DNA of 64,000 nucleotides from an uncultured Eubacteriales bacterium. GTDB lineage: Bacteria > Bacillota > Clostridia > Christensenellales > Aristaeellaceae. This document shows positions 1-11,402 of the stretch, piece by piece. The notes under the pieces were generated by a model. The model was given only the letters and a program-made list of their open reading frames with translations, was not told the DNA's origin and did no database searches. The stretch covers positions 378-64,377 of the forward strand of contig CACYTF010000008.1 in the NCBI GenBank assembly GCA_902777335.1, read 5' to 3'. A program made the translations under genes and the position numbers. How positions within the stretch are numbered: the first letter of the stretch is position 1; each line of letters starts with the position of its first letter.

Positions 1-448
1 CGAAGCCGTCGCCGCCGCTGCACGCCATGCAGATGAGCACCGGGTGCATCATGAAGCAGCAGCCCTTCTCCCGGCACACCCGCACCGCCTGGGAGATGTC
101 ATTGGCGCTGACCAGCGGGCTGACGCTCATGTGCATCAGCAGCACATCGTCGTCCGACAGCACGTCCCGCAGCGCCATCACACCGTTTCGGATGGAGGTG
201 GGGCAGCTGTCCCCCGCCGGGGCCAGGTACAGCGGCTTGTCCACGCCGGCCTGCCGGGCGATGTCACGCACCTGCTGATCGTACTCGCCCTGGCACACGA
301 CCTGTATGGCGTCGATCTCCGGCGCGCGCTGGAACGCCTGCAGCGTGTAGCCCAGCACCGTCTGTCCCAGCACCACCGTGTACTGCTTGGGGATGTCCGC
401 GCCGTAGCGAACGCCCCTGCCGCCCGCCAGTATGAGGACCATGTTCAC
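1..448 (-). CDS. IspD/TarI-family cytidylyltransferase (nucleotidyltransferase), partial; C-terminus lies beyond the window start
   Basis: Own minus-strand translation from GTG 448 / ATG 442: (MN)MVLILAGGRGVRYGADIPKQYTVVLGQTVLGYTLQAFQRAPEIDAIQVVCQ... The LAGG-G-R glycine loop and IPKQY are typical of the IspD family. GGGAGG RBS upstream. Absent from the ORF track because there is no stop inside the window. Confidence 0.6.
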   Translation of the reverse strand, partial: MNMVLILAGGRGVRYGADIPKQYTVVLGQTVLGYTLQAFQRAPEIDAIQVVCQGEYDQQVRDIARQAGVDKPLYLAPAGDSCPTSIRNGVMALRDVLSDDDVLLMHMSVSPLVSANDISQAVRVCREKGCCFMMHPVLICMACSGGDGF

Positions 449-606
449 GGTTCATCGCCTCCCGAACAATGCCGGATGTGGCACTGTTAGTGTTATTAAA
501 TATTTGCACGCATATCATTATACACACAATGCGCGGCCTTGTCAAATTAAGGATTTCATATGAGTCGCGGGGACAGATTCCAATGGCATTAAGTTAAGCG
601 GCTGGG

Positions 607-656
607 GTGCCCTATCCCCCGTATAGCAGTCACGCCACTGCGCCTTCGCGCAGGCG
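607..656. repeat. Partial copy of a hairpin-rich intergenic repeat also present at 45877-46006
   Basis: GTGCCCTATCCCCCG + TATAGCAGTCACGCCACTGCGCCTTCGCGCAGGCG matches GTGCCCTATCCCCCG (45877..) and CATAGCAGTCGCGCCACTGCGCCTTCGCGCAGGCG (45972-46006). Confidence 0.7.
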
Positions 657-690
657 GTTGCTCCTACATCTCCGAAAGGAGGTGGGGACC

Positions 691-822
691 ATGCGAATTA
701 CATTCCACATCGGAAGGTATTCCGTCACGATCATCGTGTACGAACGCAAAAAAAGCAGCCGCCACTCGACAAGTGACGGCTGTTTTCGTGATTCGCAAGA
801 ATCACAATCAAGAAACAGTTAG
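691..822 (+). CDS. Candidate small protein (43 aa), function unknown
   Basis: ATG 691 preceded by AAAGGAGGTGGGGACC (strong RBS). Translation MRITFHIGRYSVTIIVYERKKSSRHSTSDGCFRDSQESQSRNS. A terminator-like hairpin plus T-run (about 745-790) lies inside the 3' part, so the true product could differ. Confidence 0.3.
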   Translation: MRITFHIGRYSVTIIVYERKKSSRHSTSDGCFRDSQESQSRNS

Positions 823-927
823 ACCTTGAGGAGCAACCGCGTGCGGGTCGCTCTTCGTCATTATTATAGCGCCATGCCGGAGAAATGTCAAGCAGAACGG
901 TTTCCGCTGTCTACCGCTGTCTACCGG

Positions 928-3880
<2,953 letters not shown>

Positions 3881-3989
3881 TACAATGCGCGAGCGTGTAG
3901 AGTTGAGCGTTGAGACGACAGCCGAAGCGGAAAAGACATCTCCCGGCGCTTCGCGCCACCCTCCCCATCGGGGGAGGGCTTTGGGCTGA

Positions 3990-4024
3990 CTCCAACTCCA
4001 CTCTCCACTCTCCACTCTCCACAC
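3990..4024. repeat. Heptanucleotide array CTCCACT x about 5
   Basis: CTCCAACTCCACTCTCCACTCTCCACTCTCCACAC between the permease stop (4029) and the GH43 start. Confidence 0.85.
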
Positions 4025-4028
4025 TTCA

Positions 4029-4895
4029 TTACCCCTTCACCGCGCCCGCGGTCATGCCCTCCACGATGAACTTCTGCGCGAACAGGTAGATCAGCAGCAG
4101 CGGCAGTATCGCGAAGCAGGAGCCGGTGATCATCAGGTCGTAGTTGTTGCCGTAGGGGGACCAGAGGGTGTTCAGGCCGATCGGTATCGTGTACTTCTTC
4201 ATGTCGGAGAGCACCAGCATCGGCCACAGCAGCGCGTTCCACGCGCCCATGCCCGTCAGCACCGCCATGGAGGCGTAGGCCGGCTTCATCACCGGCATGA
4301 TGATGCGGAAGAACACGCCGTACTCGGTACAGCCGTCGATGCGGCCCGCCTCGATCATCTCGTAGGGGATGCCCGTGAGGAACTGGCGGAAGAAGAACAC
4401 CGCGCTCATGCTGACCAGGAACGGCAGCATCACGCCCGCGTAGGTGTTCCTGAGGCCCATGGCGTTGACCTGGGTGTACATGGGCAGCATCAAAATCTCC
4501 AGCGGCACCATCATCACCATCAGCACGCACATGAATATGAGGTTCTTGCCCTTGAAGTTGTACTTCGCCAGGCCGTAGGCCACCATGGAGGACAGCAGCA
4601 GCGTGAGGCTGCCCTGCACCAGCACCACCAGCAGGCTGTTCTTGTACCACAGGAAGTAATCGTGGGGGTTGTACTCGCCGTTGGACATCACGCCGGTGAA
4701 CAGGTACTTCCAGGCCTTCGTGTGCAGCAGCGACGGCGTGGGGTTCAGGTTCAGGCCGCTGACGAACAGCTGCGCGCCGCCCTTGAACGTGCCCAGCAGC
4801 AGCGCGTACAGCGGGATCATGAACAGTATGCACAGGAGGATGAAGAAGATGCCCAGCAGCACCTTCGCCATGGGACTGGACGTTTGCTTGTTCAT
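4029..4895 (-). CDS. Carbohydrate ABC transporter permease (MalG/AraQ-type)
   Basis: 288 aa, six hydrophobic segments, EAA-loop-like EMIEAGRIDGCTEYGVFFRIIMPVMKP. Follows the MalF-type permease. Confidence 0.9.
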   Translation of the reverse strand: MNKQTSSPMAKVLLGIFFILLCILFMIPLYALLLGTFKGGAQLFVSGLNLNPTPSLLHTKAWKYLFTGVMSNGEYNPHDYFLWYKNSLLVVLVQGSLTLLLSSMVAYGLAKYNFKGKNLIFMCVLMVMMVPLEILMLPMYTQVNAMGLRNTYAGVMLPFLVSMSAVFFFRQFLTGIPYEMIEAGRIDGCTEYGVFFRIIMPVMKPAYASMAVLTGMGAWNALLWPMLVLSDMKKYTIPIGLNTLWSPYGNNYDLMITGSCFAILPLLLIYLFAQKFIVEGMTAGAVKG

Positions 4896-4897
4896 GG

Positions 4898-6091
4898 TCA
4901 GTCCTCCTTCCTGCCGATCACGCCGGTGATGCGCAGCTGGACCAGGGTGATGATCAGCGCGCCGACGAGCAGCACCAGGCCCACCGCCGAGGCGAAGCCG
5001 AACTTGTCGACCTTCTCAAAGCCGTAGCGGTACAGGTAGCCGACGATGGTCAGGCCGTAGTTCTTGGGGCTGTTGTTGCCGCCGAAGATCATGTAGCTCT
5101 CGGTGAACATCGCCAGGCCCGCGTAGATGGAGATGGTCAGCACGTAGATGGTGGTGGGCTTCAACAGCGGCAGGCAGATCTTCGTGAACTTCTGCACGCT
5201 GTTCGCGCCGTCGATGTCGGCGGCCTCGTACAGCTCCTTGGAGATGGACTTCAGCCCCGCCATGTAGTACAGCATGTTCATGCCCGTCCAGCGCCAGAAG
5301 CACAGCAGCACCATGGCGAACATCGAGCCGTTCTGGTCCTTGAGCCAGGTGATGGGCTTCATGCCGAACAGGCCGCGCACCTGGTTCATCATCGCGCCGT
5401 CCAGCTCGGAGAACATCATTCGGAAGATGATGCCCGCCACCACGACGGAGCACAGCACCGGCATGAAGGCCACGGTCTTGAACAGCTTCCCCGCCCGGGA
5501 GAGGCCCGTCTCGGCCATGTAGGCCAGCAGCATCGGCACCGGGATCAGTATGGCGCAGGTGAGCACCATGTACACCACCGAGTTGCGCACCGCCGTGTAG
5601 AAGTTCTTGTTGGCGAACAGGTCCTGGTAGTTCTTGAAGCCGATCCACCGCGTGCCCGCGCCGGTGATCTCCTGGAAGCTCATCATGACGGTGGAGATGA
5701 ACGGATACAGGAAGAACACGAAGAAGGTGATGATGAACGGGGCGACGAACACGTAGGGCGCCACGTTCTGGGAGTACAGCAGGTCGCGGTTCATCATCAC
5801 GTAGACGGCGATGAGCGCGATGCCCGCTAAGATCACCCACAGCCGGAAGCGGGCCACGCCGAACCACAGGTTCTGCAGGAAGCTGTAGCTCTGCCCCTCC
5901 TCCAGCGCGCCGAAGAAGTAGGGGCTGAGGTCGTCCTTGGTGTCGTAGGCCTTGTCGAAGCGAACGGCCTTGCCCTGCAGGGAGAACAGCCCCGTGACCC
6001 CCAGCACCAGCAACAGCGCGCCCAGCACCAGCAGGATCACGGCCCGCTTGCCGTTGCCCCGCGAAACCGGCACAACCGCTTGAGCTTGCAT
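4898..6091 (-). CDS. Carbohydrate ABC transporter permease (MalF/AraP-type) with N-terminal extension
   Basis: Start set at MQAQAVVPVS (RBS GAGAGGGG). EAA loop ELYEAADIDGANSVQKFTKICLPLLKP. Confidence 0.85.
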   Translation of the reverse strand: MQAQAVVPVSRGNGKRAVILLVLGALLLVLGVTGLFSLQGKAVRFDKAYDTKDDLSPYFFGALEEGQSYSFLQNLWFGVARFRLWVILAGIALIAVYVMMNRDLLYSQNVAPYVFVAPFIITFFVFFLYPFISTVMMSFQEITGAGTRWIGFKNYQDLFANKNFYTAVRNSVVYMVLTCAILIPVPMLLAYMAETGLSRAGKLFKTVAFMPVLCSVVVAGIIFRMMFSELDGAMMNQVRGLFGMKPITWLKDQNGSMFAMVLLCFWRWTGMNMLYYMAGLKSISKELYEAADIDGANSVQKFTKICLPLLKPTTIYVLTISIYAGLAMFTESYMIFGGNNSPKNYGLTIVGYLYRYGFEKVDKFGFASAVGLVLLVGALIITLVQLRITGVIGRKED

Positions 6092-6240
6092 CGAATTACC
6101 CCTCTCTGTATCGGAATGAAAACCTGAAAACACACTTCTTTAGCGTCGAAGACCCTCGCGCGGGTCCCCGTCACATGAAACATGGGAGGGAGAAGTTTCC
6201 CCCTCCTCTCCCATGAATAGGATCGTAGTTCCTTCAGAGG

Positions 6241-7524
6241 TTAGAACAGGTCGCTGTCGATGGCGTCCTGGGCGGTCTCCAGCGCCTCGGCGGTGTCGAC
6301 GCCGTCCACGTACACCTCGTTCCACAGGGTGGTGCCCAGGTAGTTGTTGATGGTGGGGCTGATGGAGGTGGACACGATGTAGCCGATGTTATCCTTGATG
6401 GGCAGCAGCGCGTCGATCGGGTAGCCGATGAAGTACTGGTTGAACTTGTTGTCGTCGGTCTTCATGATGGAAGCGTCGTCCCAGATGGCGGTGTTGCAGG
6501 GGTCGAAGCCCATGACGTCCCAGATCTGAGCCTCGCCCTCGGGAGAGACCTTCGCGAAGGCCACGAACTCGGCGCACAGCTCGGGGTTGGTGCCGTTGGC
6601 ATAGATGACGGTGCCGGTGCCGCCCTGGCCGATGGACTGCAGCTGGCCTTCCTCAAACACGGGGCAGGGCGCCAGGACGTAGCGGTCCTTGCAGTTCTCG
6701 CCGATCTCGTCGGTGAAGCGGCTCATGAACCAGAAGGGCATGATGACGCAGGCGATCTTGTTGTTGGCGATGTAGGCCTTGCCTTCCTCGGTGTCGGGCT
6801 GGCCGCCGGGGCAGGTCTCGCAGATGCCGGCCTCGAGCCAGGACTTCTGGGTGTCGATGACCTTGGCCAGCTCGGGCGTGTTGATCAGCGCCTTGCCGTC
6901 GGCCTGCCAGTCGGTGCCCTGCTGCGCCAGCATCAGGGAAGCGACCCACTGGGTGCTGGTCTCAACGGTGCCCATCCAGGCTTCCGGATCGGCTTCCTTC
7001 AGCTTCAGGCCGGCCTGATACCAGTCGTCCCAGGTCTTGATGTCTTCGTAGTTGACGCCGGCAGCCTCCAGCATGGCCTTGTCATAGAAGCAGACCATCG
7101 CGCCGACGTGCAGCGGAGCGCCGTAGTACTTGCCGTCCTTGGCGTAGATCTCCAGGCGGGCCTGCACCAGGTCGGCCATGTAGGGGCTCATCGCCTCGGT
7201 GAGGTCGAGCAGCTTGTCGCTGTAAGCCAGCACGTTCGGGAACTGGCCCAGCTCGACGTCGCACATGTCGGGCGCGCCTTCGTCGGCCTGCAGGGCCACC
7301 TTGAACTTGTTGTGCATGTCGTCGTAGCCGATGGTGGTCACTTCAACGGCGATGGGACGGTCGGGATAGACGCTGTTCCAGCGCTCGGCGGCCTTCTCAA
7401 AGAATTCCTGATGCTGGGGGATGAACGTCCACATCGTAAAGGTGGTGACGCCCTCGGCGGACGCGACGGAGAACGCGCCGAGGAGCATGCAGAGAACCAG
7501 AGCCATTGCAAAGAGCTTCTTCAT
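6241..7524 (-). CDS. ABC transporter extracellular sugar-binding protein
   Basis: Start at MKKLFAMALVLCMLLGAFSVASAEG (AGGAGG RBS 8 nt upstream, signal peptide). Family-1 solute-binding size. First gene of the sugar ABC/GH operon. Confidence 0.85.
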   Translation of the reverse strand: MKKLFAMALVLCMLLGAFSVASAEGVTTFTMWTFIPQHQEFFEKAAERWNSVYPDRPIAVEVTTIGYDDMHNKFKVALQADEGAPDMCDVELGQFPNVLAYSDKLLDLTEAMSPYMADLVQARLEIYAKDGKYYGAPLHVGAMVCFYDKAMLEAAGVNYEDIKTWDDWYQAGLKLKEADPEAWMGTVETSTQWVASLMLAQQGTDWQADGKALINTPELAKVIDTQKSWLEAGICETCPGGQPDTEEGKAYIANNKIACVIMPFWFMSRFTDEIGENCKDRYVLAPCPVFEEGQLQSIGQGGTGTVIYANGTNPELCAEFVAFAKVSPEGEAQIWDVMGFDPCNTAIWDDASIMKTDDNKFNQYFIGYPIDALLPIKDNIGYIVSTSISPTINNYLGTTLWNEVYVDGVDTAEALETAQDAIDSDLF

Positions 7525-7625
7525 GGGGATTGCCTCCTTCATTATTTGAATAGCGGTTGCCGCTAAACAATTCGTGTCGGTCAATAGCGCAATCTTATCG
7601 TCATGTTCCACAAATCCTGAACGAT

Positions 7626-7643
7626 AACATTAACGTTAATGTT
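7626..7643. promoter_or_regulatory. Perfect 18-bp palindrome AACATTAACGTTAATGTT, candidate LacI-family operator
   Basis: Central CG and TTAACGTTAA core fit the LacI/CcpA-type operator pattern. Lies between the divergent lacI-family gene and the sugar operon, just downstream of the candidate minus-strand promoter. Confidence 0.55.
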
Positions 7644-7656
7644 CTTGACTGTGACA

Positions 7657-7685
7657 ATCATATCATGGTATGCTGTGTTTGTCAA
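7657..7685 (-). promoter_or_regulatory. Candidate sigma-A promoter of the sugar ABC/GH operon (TTGACA-17 nt-TATGAT)
   Basis: Minus-strand reading: TTGACAaacacagcataccatgaTATGAT (-35 at 7685-7680, -10 at 7662-7657). Confidence 0.5.
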
Positions 7686-7800
7686 GGGGCAAAACCACAT
7701 TTTTCCTAAAAATGTATTATCGTACGTCCCAAGTTAATACTTTTCTTTTATACTGGACGAAGGAAGGGCCCCGCAGAGCCCTTCGGAAACGGAGAACACC

Positions 7801-8832
7801 ATGGGCCAATCGAACGGCATCAGGCGCGTGACACTGCAGGACATCGCCCGCGAAACGGGCTATTCCATCAACACGGTGTCCCACGCGCTGCGCAACAAGG
7901 ACGACATCGCCCGGGAAACCCGCGAGCGCATCCAGCGGGTGGCACAGGACATGGGCTACATGGGCAACCAGATCGCCAGCTCCCTGCGCTCCGGGCGCAC
8001 CCGCACGCTGGCGGTGATACTGGGCAACATGTCCAACCCCTTCTACGGCATCATGGCCGACACCATACAGGACGTGGCCGCCGCCCGCGACTACAGCCTG
8101 CAGATCATGTGCTCCCGCGAGCGGGCGGAGCTGGAGCAGCGGCTGGTGGAATCCGCCGTCTCCCGCCGGGTGGACGGCATACTGCTCTTCCCCACCAACG
8201 ACAGCCTGCCCACGGTGAAGCGCCTGCAGGCGCTGGGCATCCCCTTCGTGCTGATGTCGCGCACGCTGGGCGACGGCGTCGCCGACAGCGTCACCAGCGA
8301 CGAGGTGCAGGGGGCTCACCTGGCCGCCGCCCACCTGATCGAACACGGCCGCCGCGCGCTGGGCTACCTGGCCCATCAGCGCATCGTGTACAGCTATGAA
8401 AAGCGCCTGGAGGGCTTCATGCGCGCCTGCGACGCGGCGCGGATCCCCGCGGAAGACCGCCACGTCTATTCCGGCGCCATGCCGGAGCGGGACTGGCACA
8501 GCTCCGTCACAGCCTGCCTTCTGGACTGGCACCGGGCGGGGGTGGACGGCCTGTTCGTGTTCTGCGACGAGGAGGCCTGGCACGTCCAGTCCGTCATCCA
8601 GCAGACCCCCGAGCTTCAGGGCTGGGACGTGGGCATCGTATCCTTCGACAACATCCAGGGCACCCAGTTCTTCCCCGCCGACCTGTGCAGCGTGGACTGC
8701 AACTTCACCGAGATGGCCCGCCGGGGCGTCGATCTGCTCCGCGACCGCATCCACGGCGACGACCGCCCGCCCCGCACCGTCACCTGCCCCGTGCGGCTGG
8801 TGTGCCGGGGCAGCTGCAGGCCGAAGGGATAA
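7801..8832 (+). CDS. LacI-family transcriptional regulator
   Basis: N-terminal HTH VTLQDIARETGYSINTVSHALRNKDDIARETRERIQRVAQDMGY plus a periplasmic-binding-fold C-terminus. Divergent from the sugar operon. Confidence 0.9.
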   Translation: MGQSNGIRRVTLQDIARETGYSINTVSHALRNKDDIARETRERIQRVAQDMGYMGNQIASSLRSGRTRTLAVILGNMSNPFYGIMADTIQDVAAARDYSLQIMCSRERAELEQRLVESAVSRRVDGILLFPTNDSLPTVKRLQALGIPFVLMSRTLGDGVADSVTSDEVQGAHLAAAHLIEHGRRALGYLAHQRIVYSYEKRLEGFMRACDAARIPAEDRHVYSGAMPERDWHSSVTACLLDWHRAGVDGLFVFCDEEAWHVQSVIQQTPELQGWDVGIVSFDNIQGTQFFPADLCSVDCNFTEMARRGVDLLRDRIHGDDRPPRTVTCPVRLVCRGSCRPKG

Positions 8833-8865
8833 ATATATCCCATCGCGGAGACTTGTGGCTTGGAG

Positions 8866-9436
8866 AGCCCCCTCTCCGCCCTTCGGGCACCTCTCCCCCT
8901 CACGGGGGCGAGGCAAGGGGGGGAAGCGCGGAATTCGAGGTTTGCGCATCGCGCGGCAGCCTCGGCTCGCCCCGGTGACAGTATGGTGCAGAGTTCGAGG
9001 TTAGCACACCCGCGCGGCAGCCTCGGCTCGCCCCGATGACAGTATGGTGCAGAGTTCGAGGTTTGCGCACCGCGCGGCAGCCTTGGCTCGCCCCGATGAC
9101 AGTATGGTGCAGAGTTCGAGGTTAGCGCACCGCGCGGCAGCCTTGGCTCGCCCCGGTGACGGGATAGTGCAGTGTTCGAGGTTAGCACACCCGCGCGGCA
9201 GCCTTGGCTCGCCCCGGTGACGGGGAGAGCTGGCGCACAGCGCCTGAGAGGGGGCTCTTTTGACTTGACTAACGCGGCAGGCAGAGGAGCGCCCCCTCTC
9301 CGCCCTTCGGGCACCTCTCCCCCTCACGGGGGCGAGGCAAGGGGGATAGCGCGAAGTTTGAGGTCAGCGAACCCGCGCGGCAGCCTTGGCTCGCCCCGGT
9401 GACGGGAGAGCTGACGCGCAGCGCCTGAGAGGGGAT
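8866..9436. repeat. Complex tandem array (family C): 53-bp X units plus about five 61-bp Y units
   Basis: X = CCCCCTCTCCGCCCTTCGGGCACCTCTCCCCCTCACGGGGGCGAGGCAAGGGGG, present twice. Y = GCGGCAGCCTYGGCTCGCCCCGRTGACAGTATGGTGCAGAGTTCGAGGTTWGCRCACCGC, repeated head to tail. A reverse-complement copy of the family lies at 55266-55678. Confidence 0.85.
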
Positions 9437-9496
9437 TCCCACAAGAAAGCGTAAAGCGCCAAAAAAGTGGAGTCGCGCACAGCGGCTCCATTTTTA

Positions 9497-9874
9497 TCAT
9501 AAATTCCGTTCCACAAACGCCCGGTCCGCGCCGGCGAAGTCGTAGCCCCGTATATCCTCCGGCGTCGCCCAGGCGACGGCGTTGCAGTCCACGGTCCGGG
9601 GTTCGCCCTTCGCGATGCGGCAGTCGTAGAACAGCACCAGCACGTCCCGGTCGGCGTAGCGGTGGCACACCGCGTCCAGTATGCGGCCCACCTCCACGCG
9701 GATGTCCAGCTCCTCCATCAGCTCCCGGGCCAGGGCGGCCTCGGGGCTCTCCCCCGGTTCGATCTTGCCGCCGGGAAACTCCCACTTCAGGCCGTTGTGC
9801 GTGCCGGGCCTGCGCTGGCAGAGCATGATACGGCCCCCCCCCCGGCGGATCACCGCCGCGACCACCGCCATCAT
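9497..9874 (-). CDS. NUDIX hydrolase (MutT-like)
   Basis: MMAVVAAVIRRGGGRIMLCQRRPGTHNGLKWEFPGGKIEPGESPEAALARELMEELDI carries the Nudix box GX5EX7REUXEEXGU. Confidence 0.85.
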   Translation of the reverse strand: MMAVVAAVIRRGGGRIMLCQRRPGTHNGLKWEFPGGKIEPGESPEAALARELMEELDIRVEVGRILDAVCHRYADRDVLVLFYDCRIAKGEPRTVDCNAVAWATPEDIRGYDFAGADRAFVERNL

Positions 9875-10413
9875 GCCGCGTTCACCTGCTTGATGTGCCT
9901 TCCGCTGCACAGCAGCGACACCCGCGCGCCGGGCCCGGGGAAGCCCTCGCGCTTGGAGGCGTTCAGGTACAGTATCCGCACGTCCTCGTCGCCGGCGTCG
10001 GCGGCCTCCGGCTGCTCCAGGCGCAGGCGCTCGGCCAGGGCCGACGTGTGCCGCACCTCGCCGTCGTGGTCCGCGTTTTCCGCCAGGCGAAGCCGCACCG
10101 GCAGCACCATCGCGCCGTCCCGGAGCTCGGGCGCTTCGGCGATGTCCAGCACCGTGCCCTCCAGCGCCCGCGTCAGGCCGTTGGCCATGTCGTCCAGAAA
10201 GCGCCTGTAGCGCAGATTGGGCCACAGCCAGGCCAGAAAGCCGTAGCACGCCGCCACGAACATCAGCGGCCCGATCACCATCGCCAGCCACTGCACGCCC
10301 GCCTTCAGCGCGTAGATGTACCCCGCCAGCAGCACCGCCAGCACCGGCCCCAGCACCAGCAGATTTTTGCGGATCCTGCCGTTGATCTGATCCATGTCCT
10401 TCTGTGAATACAT
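9871..10413 (-). CDS. Hypothetical membrane protein (two N-terminal TM helices)
   Basis: 180-aa ORF. Hydrophobic LLVLGPVLAVLLAGYIYAL and WLAMVIGPLMFVAACYGFLAWLW. Stop overlaps the NUDIX start. Confidence 0.55.
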   Translation of the reverse strand: MYSQKDMDQINGRIRKNLLVLGPVLAVLLAGYIYALKAGVQWLAMVIGPLMFVAACYGFLAWLWPNLRYRRFLDDMANGLTRALEGTVLDIAEAPELRDGAMVLPVRLRLAENADHDGEVRHTSALAERLRLEQPEAADAGDEDVRILYLNASKREGFPGPGARVSLLCSGRHIKQVNAA

Positions 10414-10503
10414 ACTCCCTACTCCCTGCCGGCGGGCGGCGCATCGCCGCCCCTACTGCCTGTTCCCTGTCCCCTGTACCCTGTTCCCTACTCCCCTACT
10501 TCT
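10413..10503. repeat. Heptanucleotide array (TACTCCC, TGTTCCC, TGTACCC...) surrounding the GC hairpin GGGCGGCGCATCGCCGCCC (10434-10452)
   Basis: Read directly. Fills the whole parB-to-downstream-gene spacer. On the mRNA strand the units read GGGAGTA and abut the ATG at 10413. Confidence 0.85.
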
Positions 10504-11398
10504 CCCTCGCCATCTCGATCACGTCCCAGATGCGCTGCAGGTCGTCGCTGTTGTAGTAGAACAGCGTGATGCGCCCGCTGTCGGGGGTGCCGTCCAGGCG
10601 CACGCGGGTGCCGAACAGCTCGCGGGCCATGCTCTCCAGCTCGCCGATCTGGGCGTCCTTCGGCACGCGGGGCTTGGGGACTTCCGGCTTCACCGGCTGG
10701 GCGCAGATGCGCTCCAGCTGGCGCACGGACCAGCCCTGCTGCACGGTCAAATTGGCCAGCTGCACCTGGCGGCGGGGGTCCACCGTCACCAGCGCCCGGG
10801 CGTGTCCGGCGGACAGCTTGCCCGACGCCAGCAGCTGCTTCACGCTGTCCGGCAGGGTCAGAAGGCGCAGCAGATTGGCCACCGCGGGGCGGCTCTTGCC
10901 CAGCCGCTCGGCCACCTTTTCCTGGGTCAGCCCGGCCTCGTCCATCAGCCGGCGCACGCCCATGGCTTCCTCCACGGGGTTCAGATCGTCGCGCTGCAAA
11001 TTCTCCACCAGCGCGGCCTCCAGGCGCTTCTGGCTGTCCCAGTCCCGCACGATGGCGGGGATCTCGCTAAGCTCCGCCAGCCGGGACGCCCGGTAGCGCC
11101 GCTCGCCGGCGATGATGGTGTACCGCTCGCCCGCCGGGGCCACGATGATGGGCTGCAGCACGCCCACCGCGCGGATGGACGCCGCCAGCTCGTTCAGCGC
11201 TGCCTCGTCAAAGCTGCGCCGGGGCTGCTCCCGGTTCGGGTCGATCTGCCCGATGGGCAGAAGGCGCACCGCGTCCACGTCCTCCCGGGTTGCGGGCGCC
11301 TCCGCCGCCTTCACCGGCGCGGCGGCCTCGGCCACCACATCCTCGCCCAAAAGCGCCCCCAGGCCCCTGCCCAGGCCGCGCTGTAGCTTCTTTGCCAT
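10496..11398 (-). CDS. parB: Chromosome partitioning protein ParB/Spo0J
   Basis: MAKKLQRGLGRGLGALLGE..., ParB box IIAGERRYRASRLA, HTH LTQEKVAERLGKSRPAVANLLRLL. Confidence 0.92.
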   Translation of the reverse strand: MAKKLQRGLGRGLGALLGEDVVAEAAAPVKAAEAPATREDVDAVRLLPIGQIDPNREQPRRSFDEAALNELAASIRAVGVLQPIIVAPAGERYTIIAGERRYRASRLAELSEIPAIVRDWDSQKRLEAALVENLQRDDLNPVEEAMGVRRLMDEAGLTQEKVAERLGKSRPAVANLLRLLTLPDSVKQLLASGKLSAGHARALVTVDPRRQVQLANLTVQQGWSVRQLERICAQPVKPEVPKPRVPKDAQIGELESMARELFGTRVRLDGTPDSGRITLFYYNSDDLQRIWDVIEMAREK

Positions 11399-11402
11399 GG
11401 TT

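Noticed and set aside
8925-9230. GAGTTCGAGGTT inside the 61-bp units as a tRNA T-arm remnant (tRNA-derived repeat).
   Set aside because: The flanking bases do not form acceptor, anticodon or D arms. The resemblance is limited to about 7 nt.
8616-9327. ORFs 8616-9314, 9001-9327, 8685-8978, 9172-9402, 55348-55713 and 57273-57701 as protein genes.
   Set aside because: Their translations are just the periodic reading of repeat units (e.g. HRGEPRLPRG..., PCSLFPVPCSLF...). No start signals.
8866-9436. Possible CRISPR array, because of the regular roughly 61-bp periodicity (also 55266-55678).
   Set aside because: Whole units are near-identical head to tail with no unique spacers between repeats. 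No cas genes are nearby. This is a plain tandem repeat.
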